Source: an uncultured Alphaproteobacteria bacterium
Lineage (GTDB): Bacteria > Pseudomonadota > Alphaproteobacteria > Rhizobiales > Xanthobacteraceae
Reading direction: 5' to 3'
DNA: 64,000 bases
NCBI GenBank assembly: GCA_963772235.1
Contig: CAVYWI010000026.1
Coordinates: forward strand, 65,371-129,370
The notes beneath the pieces were generated by a model. It was not told the origin of the DNA. It did not search any database and worked only from the letters and a program-made list of their open reading frames with translations. Below, piece by piece: positions 21,957-29,660 of this stretch (its first letter is position 1; each line of letters begins with the position of its first letter). A program made the position numbers and the translations under genes.

Positions 21957-22828
21957 GACGCGGACTCATATAAGCAGCGAGGTAAATGCCGCCTTGGATA
22001 CGCTTTCCGATGTCTGCTCTTGGGGAAAAGCGGATAAAGGCCGATTTTGGTCTCTGATGGTTCGGTCGCGAATGACCCGGAACGGCCGTTAGGGTCCCGA
22101 GAGTAATACCAATCCATATATGCGCCGTTACCCCGGATCGCGCCACTAGCTGCCTCAACAGCGTCGATGGCGGAGTTGCGACCGTGAAGGCGCACATGAT
22201 CCTCGTAGGCTGCGATTAGTCGTCGGTCCGGCAAACGCGTATTCAAATGAAATAAAAGGACGCGGCCTGTCGGAAGATTTCATTTTCGGCATTCGCACAC
22301 AAGTTCACCGTTTGGCGCATGGATAGCGTGCACGCCAGCCGTCTGCGATTGCAATATCTGCATCCTTGCCGTCCGGGTGTTCCCTCAACCATTTCAGAAT
22401 CGCGGCCCAATTAGCAATAACGGCATTGTTGGAAATCTTGCTGAGATCGGGCGGACAGAAATTCTTATCGTTCCTGACGAATTGCAACACGTCAGAAACG
22501 CCGTCGATGTCTCCCTCGCATATGTCTGTCAGCGTCTTGCAACGTTTAAGAAATTCAGCGACGCTTTCAGCTCTGACTTTCGTTGGCCCCGAAAATACAA
22601 AAACAAATGCGGTCAATACGATCATCACAAACGGAGTCTGACGCACGGGGCCTCCATTAATATTTCCAAATCAATACCGTCGTACTTTGCATTGCCCCGG
22701 CAGGCCGAGCAAGATTGATTTGCGCAGTATGTCCATCTTTTGGCACTTAGCGGACACACCAACCACGCCCGCGGTTGTCTGCTATTGGGCGACAGCGGAC
22801 ATGCGGCCTATTTTATGAGTACACGGCC
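21956..22828. mobile_element. Non-autonomous cargo cassette 1 with imperfect terminal inverted repeats, flanked by TA (CTAG)
   Basis: Left cTA-GGACGCGGACTCATATAA, right TTTTATGAGTACACGGCC-TAg; internal GTCYGCT..AGCGGA hairpins at 22010-22036, 22729-22756 and 22776-22802; lower-GC cargo; no transposase. Confidence 0.7.
22305..22646 (-). CDS. Secreted Rap1a/Tai-like immunity-family protein
   Basis: Signal peptide then C…C-EG-DI-DGV-SD…FCPP…KWLREHP…A…YPC pattern; GGAGG RBS before GTG. Confidence 0.7.
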   Translation of the reverse strand: MRQTPFVMIVLTAFVFVFSGPTKVRAESVAEFLKRCKTLTDICEGDIDGVSDVLQFVRNDKNFCPPDLSKISNNAVIANWAAILKWLREHPDGKDADIAIADGWRARYPCAKR

Positions 22829-22838
22829 TAGAGCGACC

Positions 22839-23715
22839 TTAGGGGCACGGCTTTGGCTTCTTCATCTCCAGCGACGTCATCTCGCCCTTGATGGTGAAAT
22901 CGCTGTAGTCGAGCACCAGCGCGCGCGAGATGCCGTTCTCGTAAAGCTCGAAGGAGATGGCATAGGCCGGCGTCTGCTCGCCGGTTTGCTCGGCGGCGGC
23001 GTCCCGTTGCTCGAAATAGCTGATGGTCACCGGCCAGCGGGTGAGCTTGGCAAGCTCGGGGAATTTCGCCGTCGCATCGTCCGGCGGCTTTGCGCCCGGC
23101 GCGATCGGCTGGCCGATCACGGTGAGCGTGTTGTAGAGCTTCTCGCCGCTTTCCGACCCGTCATAGACCGGGAAATCCAGGATGCTCTTGCCTTCGCGCG
23201 CGGCGGCGATGATGCGCCGCATGTGCTCGGTCGGGAACACCGCGCTCACCGGAGCGGTGAAATTCTTATCCTTTGGCTTGCTCAGATTGATCGCGACCAT
23301 CTTGGCACTGCGTTCGGCATGGCCGTCCACCCTGTCGGTCCGCTTGTCGTCGATCAGGTTTTCCGAGTTGAAGCGGAACGTCTGGGCGTTGCCGGCTTCC
23401 CAGGTGGTGGAGCGCAGATCGCTGAGCGCGGTCTTGCCCTCTCCGGAATCGAGCTCGGACACCTGGCGGAACTGCAGCTGGTAGCCGTCGCAGGCGTTGC
23501 CGGAAAAATCGTACAGGATGCGCCCGCGCACGGCTTCGAGGCCGTGGCTGCCCTTCGACCTCGCCAGCTTGAGGTCGTAGATCGCCCGATGCGGCGCCAG
23601 AAACACCTTGTCGGCGGGCGGCGCGGCCACCGTCGGCCGGGACGCCGCCATGGCGGCGAAGCCGATGGCCAGGACCGTCAAAATCAGCCGTTTGGCGAAC
23701 GTTCAGCGTTTTCAT
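22839..23715 (-). CDS. eipB: Cell envelope integrity protein EipB (DUF1849); possible frameshift in the signal peptide
   Basis: LAPHRAIYDLKL, GRILYDFSGNACDGY, FPTEH, LYENGISRALVLDY; divergent from ridA. Confidence 0.88.
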
Positions 23716-23879
23716 CGATGCGGGCCTTCCGGTGCCGGCGTTGCAGCGGCATCCAGCAATGAATCGAGCAAGATAAGGGCAAGATAGAGGCCGTTACCGC
23801 CGCCGACAACGCCATCATGCGCCGGCTTGCGCCGCCGAGCCCGATCGGCCAAGACAGGGCCACCATCAAGGAGGACGCC

Positions 23880-24353
23880 ATGGCCGGAATGATCGAACAG
23901 AAGCTCGCAAGCCTCGGTATCAGCCTGCCAACTCCGGCCAGTCCGATCGCCAATTACGTGCCGTTCGTGCGCAGCGGCAACATGCTCGTCGTCTCCGGCC
24001 AGCTCTGCTTCGGCACCGACGGCAAGCTCGCCGCCAAGGGCCAGCTCGGCGGCGGCGTGTCGATCGAGGACGGGCAGAAGGCGGCGCGCGCCTGTGCAGT
24101 CAATCTGCTGGCGCAGCTTAAGGTCGCGCTCGGCGACCTCGACAAGGTTGCCCGCGTGGTGCGGCTCGGCGGCTTCATCAATTCGGCGGTCGGCTTCACC
24201 GACGGGCCGAAAGTGATGAACGGCGCATCCGACCTGATGGTCGAGGTGTTCGGCGACAAGGGCCGCCACGCGCGCAGCACCGTCGGCGTCGCCGCGCTGC
24301 CGGCCGACGCTGCGGTCGAAGTCGAAGGCCTGTTCGAAGTGATCAGCGCATGA
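23880..24353 (+). CDS. RidA/YjgF family protein
   Basis: PIANYVP, VSGQL, NGASDL, GRHARSTVGV; AGGAGG RBS. Confidence 0.92.
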   Translation: MAGMIEQKLASLGISLPTPASPIANYVPFVRSGNMLVVSGQLCFGTDGKLAAKGQLGGGVSIEDGQKAARACAVNLLAQLKVALGDLDKVARVVRLGGFINSAVGFTDGPKVMNGASDLMVEVFGDKGRHARSTVGVAALPADAAVEVEGLFEVISA

Positions 24354-24394
24354 TCCCGAAAAGTGGGAACCGGTTTTCGGATAAGATCATGCGC
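24346..24394. repeat. 49-bp palindromic interspersed repeat, copy 1 (supplies the ridA stop codon)
   Basis: GCGCATGATCCCGAAAAGTGGGAACCGGTTTTCGGATAAGATCATGCGC; near-identical inverted copy at 49252. Confidence 0.85.
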
Positions 24395-24411
24395 AAAGCG
24401 AAATAAGCTAA

Positions 24412-25158
24412 ATGCCCAGCCTCGCCTGGCTCACCGCGCGGCCAATCGCCCATCGCGGTCTGCATGACGCCTCAGCCGGCGTGATCGAGAATACGGCGTC
24501 TGCGTTTGCCGCGGCCATCGCCGGCGGCTATGCCATCGAAACCGACCTGCAAATCAGCGCCGACGGCGAGGCTTTCGTGCACCACGACGACGCGCTCGGC
24601 CGCCTGACCGAGGGCAGCGGGCGTCTCGCTGCCATGACCGCTGGCGAGATTGAGGCAGTGCGTTTCAAGGCGACCCGCGACCGCATCATGACGCTCGGCG
24701 ACCTGTGTGATTTCGTGGCCGGGCGCGCCACCTTGGTGATCGAACTCAAGAGCCATTTCGACGGCGACCGGCGGCTGGTCCAGCGCAGCGCCCACGTGCT
24801 GGCGAACTATCGCGGGCCGGTGGCGGTGATGTCGTTCGATCCCGCCATGATCGAAGTCGTGCGCTGGATCGCGCCGCATCTGACACGCGGCATTGTCGCC
24901 GAGCGCCATTACGCGCATCATGAGTGGGATCGCTTCCCGCGCGCGGAAAAGCACAGCATGGCCATGCTCCAGCACGCCGCCCGCAGCCGCCCGCATTTCA
25001 TCGCCTATGGGCTGAAGGACCTGCCGGCCGCGGCGCCGCTGATCGCGCGCATGATCTTCCGTTTGCCGCTGCTGACCTGGACCGTGCGCAGCGACGACGA
25101 CCGCCGCCGCGCGGCGCGCTGGGCCGACCAGATGATATTCGAGGGCATCCGCCCGTGA
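24412..25158 (+). CDS. Glycerophosphodiester phosphodiesterase
   Basis: IAHRGLH, ENT, IETDLQ, HHD, IELKS, LTWTVR. Confidence 0.92.
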   Translation: MPSLAWLTARPIAHRGLHDASAGVIENTASAFAAAIAGGYAIETDLQISADGEAFVHHDDALGRLTEGSGRLAAMTAGEIEAVRFKATRDRIMTLGDLCDFVAGRATLVIELKSHFDGDRRLVQRSAHVLANYRGPVAVMSFDPAMIEVVRWIAPHLTRGIVAERHYAHHEWDRFPRAEKHSMAMLQHAARSRPHFIAYGLKDLPAAAPLIARMIFRLPLLTWTVRSDDDRRRAARWADQMIFEGIRP

Positions 25159-25224
25159 TGGCCGAATGGATGATCAACTTCGAACGATTTCCGGCATAAA
25201 GTCGGGGTAACAGACCTCGACCCG

Positions 25225-26464
25225 ATGACCGACATCGAACTCCGCATCCGCATCGCGCAATCGCTCGCCGAAGTTCCGGCCGCGGCCTGGGACGCCTGCG
25301 CCGGCGGGGCGCTGCGCGTCCACAGTTAAACCAATACATGAGGATAATTTACCCTCGGAGTTATCAACACGAGGACAAGTCGATAACCCATTTATAACTC
25401 ACGATTTCTTGTCATCGCTGGAGGATTCATTTTCGGTCGGCGGCCGGACCGGCTGGCAGCCGCGCCACCTCCTGGCGGAAGGCGCGGATGGCACTCTTCT
25501 GGGCGCGGCGCCCTGCTACGTGAAGAGCCATTCGCGCGGCGAATACGTCTTCGATCAGGGCTGGGCCGAGGCCTTCGAACATGCGGGCGGCGACTATTAC
25601 CCCAAGCTGCAGGTGGCGGTGCCCTTCACCCCGGTGACCGGTCCCCGTCTGCTCGCCCGCCCCGGTCCGCTGGCGCAAGCGGTGCGCGGCGGCCTCGCCG
25701 ATGCCTTGGTCGAGATCACCACGGCGAGCGAGTTGTCGTCGGCCCACGTCACCTTCCTGACCGAGCCGGAATGGCGCGCGCTCGGCGAGCGCGGCTTCCT
25801 GCAGCGCACCGACCAGCAATTCCACTGGGAGAATGCCGGCTACGCCAGCTTCGACGACTTCCTCGGCGCCCTCGCCTCGCGCAAGCGCAAGGCCATCCGC
25901 CGCGAGCGCAAGGAGGCGCTCGAGCCCGGCATCGAGGTGGCATGGCTCACCGGCGCCGATCTCACCGAAACGGTGTGGGACGCCTTTTTCGCCTTCTACA
26001 TGGACACCGGCTCGCGCAAATGGGGCCGGCCTTATCTCACCCGCGAATTCTTCTCCATCGTCGGGGAAAAAATGCGCAACCGCATCCTGCTGGTGATGGC
26101 CAAGCGCGCCGGGCGCTGGATCGGCGGCGCGCTCAATTTCCTAGGCAGCGACACGATCTTCGGCCGCAACTGGGGCGCCATCGAGCACCATCCGTTCCTG
26201 CATTTCGAGCTGTGCTACTATCAGGCCATCGACTACGCCATTCAGAATAAGCTCGGCCGCGTCGAGGCCGGCGCCCAAGGCGAGCACAAGCTGGCGCGCG
26301 GTTATCTGCCGAAGACCACCTATTCCGCCCATTTCATCGCCAATCCAGCGTTGCGGCGGGCCGTGGCCGACTATCTCGCGCGCGAGCGGGCCTATGTGCG
26401 GGCGGCCGGCGAAGAGCTTGCGGCGGCCGCGCCGTTCCGCAAGGATTTGGTGGAGCAGGAGTGA
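25225..26464 (+). CDS. GNAT/FemAB-like protein (DUF482), one frameshift near 25320
   Basis: AAWDACA…NPFITHDFLSSLE, KSHSRGEYVFD, LHFELCYYQAID, EAGAQGEHKLARGY. Confidence 0.9.
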
Positions 26465-26479
26465 GTTCTGGGGGACCCA

Positions 26480-26908
26480 ATGCCGAGCTACGATCCGAAC
26501 AACATCTTCGCCAAGATCCTGCGCGGCGAGTTGCCCTGCTACAAGGTCTACGAAGACGACAAGGCCTTCGCCTTCCTCGACATCATGCCGCGCGCGCCCG
26601 GGCACACGCTGGTGCTGCCGAAGGCGCCGGCGCGCAACATTCTCGACATCGGCGCCGACGATCTGGCGCATGTCATGAAGGTGGCCCAAAAGGTCGCCAA
26701 AGCCGCCATGACGGCGTTCGGGGCCGACGGCATCACCATGCAGCAGTTCAACGAGGGCGCCGGCGGACAGGTGGTGTTCCACCTGCATGTTCATATCATC
26801 CCGCGCAAAAGCGGCGTGCCCATGAAGCCGCCGGCAGCCGAAAAGGAAAAGCCGGACGCGCTGGCCGAGAACGCCAAGAAGCTCGCCGCCGCCATCGCCG
26901 CCGGATGA
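26480..26908 (+). CDS. HIT family protein
   Basis: NNIFAKILRGE, GQVVFHLHVHIIPR. Confidence 0.95.
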   Translation: MPSYDPNNIFAKILRGELPCYKVYEDDKAFAFLDIMPRAPGHTLVLPKAPARNILDIGADDLAHVMKVAQKVAKAAMTAFGADGITMQQFNEGAGGQVVFHLHVHIIPRKSGVPMKPPAAEKEKPDALAENAKKLAAAIAAG

Positions 26909-27045
26909 CGAAGACAAGGCCGTGTAACTCATAAAATACGCTATGCGCTACGTCCGCTTTTCCTCTCAAAGCAGACATTCGCCAATGCGTTTGCCATGTC
27001 CGTTAAGTGCCAATCGCGACCAAACGCACTGCGACATGATCGGCA

Positions 27046-27076
27046 CAAAAAGAAAGACCGCCAACGCGGCGGTCTC
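27046..27076 (-). terminator. Intrinsic terminator of the PEP-CTERM-like gene
   Basis: AGACCGCC-aacgc-GGCGGTCT hairpin with a T-tract on the minus strand. Confidence 0.65.
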
Positions 27077-27101
27077 TCCAAATTTCAGTTAGGTGGTTTG
27101 A

Positions 27102-27617
27102 TTAGGCGGCTACGAGTGCGGCAGCTTTCTTTTTCCTGCGCCAGCCGAGCAGACCCAACGCGCCGATGCCAGTGGCGAAGAGTGGGAGTGTGGCTGGGAG
27201 CGGTGTCGCGCTCGCGGTGTCGATGGTCAGCGAATTCACCGTGAGCGAATCCGCGCCGGTGTTACCCCCCGTCAAACCTTCGCCAATCCAAATCCCTTGC
27301 AGTTGGTCGAGCACTCAGTACGGCAAATGCGCTCAGCCACCCGATCCAAAGTCTTCGTGTTATGTTCGCGCCGTCGGGGCCCTGCAGGTACGTGCCGGTT
27401 ATACTGTCATACAGATTGAACAGCGTTGCGCTCGGATCGAGGCCCAAAGTGTTGCCGGAAAGAGCGTTGGTCTGGAACTCGATCAGCAGAATCTGGTCTG
27501 TAGCCGGCACCTTGGCCCAAGCTGTTGCTGCTGTCGACAAACGGCAGCAGGAAAAACGGCTGATCGGTGCCCTGGCTCGTGAACACGACATTTGCCGATG
27601 CCGATCCGCGTTTTATC
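27102..27617 (-). pseudogene. PEP-CTERM/VPLPA-CTERM-like exosortase-target protein, 5'-truncated and frameshifted
   Basis: C-terminus TPLPATLPLFATGIGALGLLGWRRKKK; upstream coding pieces in other frames stop at a palindromic repeat. Confidence 0.7.
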
Positions 27618-27646
27618 GCGCATGATCTTATCCGAAATCCGGTTCC
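27618..27646. repeat. Partial copy of the 49-bp palindromic repeat
   Basis: GCGCATGATCTTATCCGAAATCCGGTTCC matches 49252-49280 with one mismatch. Confidence 0.75.
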
Positions 27647-27838
27647 GCGACTCGGATAAGTGCCAATAGGCGACATCGCTGGAGCCAAAGTCCTTGACGA
27701 ATAACAAACTGCGTAAGGAGGGCGATGCCCAAGTTTGGAGTGTCAAAATGCCACTTTCGTTTCAAATCTTGGCCAAGTGCGTGCACACCGTCCAACAACT
27801 ACGACGACTCGAACTCATGAACTGCTTGCTTCGCGATT

Positions 27839-28228
27839 TTAACATCCTTTGGGGCAGACGCGCTGCAAGCGGTCTCGCTCCGTGGCGTCTTTCTTGGCTA
27901 AGTCGGCTTTGCCGAGTTTTTCATAGATCTTACTTCGTATATGGAAGGCGAATTGAAATGTTGGCCACACACGAATGGCCATATTCGCATCCTCCAATGC
28001 CTTTCGATAGTCGTCCATCTTCGCGTAGGTTATTGCACGATTGGCATAGGATAGGGCTGTGTCGTGCTGGCTTCGGCTGTGATCCGCAATCTGGCGACTG
28101 CAATCATTGAGGGATTCTTGGCCCTTGGTGTCGTAACAGTGCATTTGAGCCGATGCCGGTATTGGCGAGACAACGATCGCGATGATCGCTGAAAGCGCCG
28201 CCAATCCGCCAACTTTGATTAATGTCAT
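27839..28228 (-). CDS. Secreted TPR-repeat protein
   Basis: Signal peptide MTLIKVGG…PASA; TPR pattern SYANRAITYAKMDDYRKALEDANMAI…AFHIRSKIYEKLGKADLAKKD. Confidence 0.75.
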   Translation of the reverse strand: MTLIKVGGLAALSAIIAIVVSPIPASAQMHCYDTKGQESLNDCSRQIADHSRSQHDTALSYANRAITYAKMDDYRKALEDANMAIRVWPTFQFAFHIRSKIYEKLGKADLAKKDATERDRLQRVCPKGC

Positions 28229-28452
28229 TGGTCTTTTCCTGTTTGGTTGGCTTAACTTAGCGAGCTTAGCTGATATTACCCCTTTCATGCCATCGCCAGA
28301 ACGACCGCTCGCCCTAATGGAGGTCGCGCGCTTAACCAAAGCGTCATCGCGGCAGAAGGTCCACACCTTTGTTCGCGTGATTTCCTGAGATGTCCGCTAT
28401 GGGGACGACGCATCCACTTTGTCATTTAGCTGGCCGTTTACGCGTCCACGCC

Positions 28453-28800
28453 CTACTGCGCGAATAAAAATCCGCCCAACAACAGCGCCGCCTCGCCGGC
28501 CAGCACCCCGGCGAATACCGAGCGCTTCACCGCCAGGAAAGCGAGAAATCCGCAGACCGCGGCGCCGACGCGCACGGTGAGCGGAATGCCGGCGAGCGCG
28601 CCGGCGGAAAACAGGATCAGCTTGGCGATGACGCCGGCGAGGATCGCGGTCGCCACCCCGCGCGACCACACCACGATCTCGGAATCCTCGTTGAGCCCGC
28701 GCGCCAGCATCAGGCCGAGCACGCGCCATATCTCGTTCGGCAAATAGCCGACCAGGATCAGCAGCAGATAGGGCCACAGTTCGGTCAAAGCGGTGTTCAT
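28453..28800 (-). CDS. azlD: AzlD-domain membrane protein
   Basis: Hydrophobic; PNEIWRVLG, VATAILAGVIAKL; coupled to azlC. Confidence 0.8.
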   Translation of the reverse strand: MNTALTELWPYLLLILVGYLPNEIWRVLGLMLARGLNEDSEIVVWSRGVATAILAGVIAKLILFSAGALAGIPLTVRVGAAVCGFLAFLAVKRSVFAGVLAGEAALLLGGFLFAQ

Positions 28801-29525
28801 CGGGCGGCCTCGCGCAAGCGGTGGACGCCGTAGGCGAGCGAGCCGCCGACCAAGCCGGTCCACATCAGGTCGAGCCCGACGTGCCAATAAGCGAGCAGCG
28901 GGCCGAGCGCGAGGCCGAGCACCAACGCCAGCCGGTCCACCATCAGCCGGCTGTTGCGCGCGGTCGAGATCAGAAACGACATCGGCGTGAGAAAGAGCAA
29001 CGCGCCCGCGAACAGCGGCGGCAGCCCGGCGGCAAGGTAATAGCCGACGAAACCGAACGTCACCGCCGTGCCCATGTAGCCGACCGACAGGCCGTTGCAG
29101 AAGGCAATGCGCCGCTCGCGCGGCAGTCCCGGCAGCAGGCGCAGCGATTCCACCCACATGCTCACCGACGTGAAGTGGGTTGGCAGCAGCAGGTCGCGCA
29201 GCCGCGTGCTTGGGCCGCGCAACAGCGGCAGCAGCGCCACCACCATGGGAAACAGCCGGATCGCGCTTAACGTGACCGCGATGGCCGCCTCGACCGGCGC
29301 GCCGCCGGTGCCAAGCGAGGAAATCAAGATCACCTGCCCCGGCGCCGCCCACACCAGCACCGATGACAGCGCGAGCCACCAGGACGAGAAGCCATAATCG
29401 TGCGCGAGTGCGCCGATGCCGATATAGGTGCCGGCGAGCACCAGGAAGAACACCGAGGTCCACGCCGATCTCACGCCGCCGAAGAAGGCGGCCGCATTGG
29501 AATTGAAGGTGACGGACGCGGGCAT
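28797..29525 (-). CDS. azlC: AzlC family branched-chain amino acid exporter
   Basis: GIGALAH, VWAAPGQVIL, SAIRLFPM; multi-TM. Confidence 0.85.
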   Translation of the reverse strand: MPASVTFNSNAAAFFGGVRSAWTSVFFLVLAGTYIGIGALAHDYGFSSWWLALSSVLVWAAPGQVILISSLGTGGAPVEAAIAVTLSAIRLFPMVVALLPLLRGPSTRLRDLLLPTHFTSVSMWVESLRLLPGLPRERRIAFCNGLSVGYMGTAVTFGFVGYYLAAGLPPLFAGALLFLTPMSFLISTARNSRLMVDRLALVLGLALGPLLAYWHVGLDLMWTGLVGGSLAYGVHRLREAAR

Positions 29526-29660
29526 GGAGGCGGACCACCTGTCTCATAGGCGCAAGCCCGCCGCAACGCCCTCATCCGCAACCCCCGCATGCGGCAGCGG
29601 CGAAAAGCGAAGGCCGGGCGTGATGGCCCGGCCTGCGGCATTGTGGTTTCGAAACGCGGG

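Larger units (their letters stand above)
26918..28453. mobile_element. Non-autonomous cargo cassette 2, same end family as cassette 1
   Basis: Left cAA-GGCCGTGTAACTCATAAAA, right TTTACGCGTCCACGCCC-TAc; hairpin motifs at 26952-26976, 26996-27020, 27658-27676 and 28390-28403; lower GC than flanks. Confidence 0.65.

Noticed and set aside
21953-22246. 97-aa minus-strand ORF in cassette 1
   Set aside because: TTG start without an RBS, it runs through the hairpin and IR region, and it has no recognisable domain. At most a gene remnant.
26924-26951. dif-like site on the minus strand (GTAGCGCATAG CGTATT TTATGAGTTAC)
   Set aside because: The TTATGAGT half is part of the cassette terminal repeat, and the matching end of cassette 1 has no XerC-like arm. 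The resemblance is probably coincidental, though not excluded.
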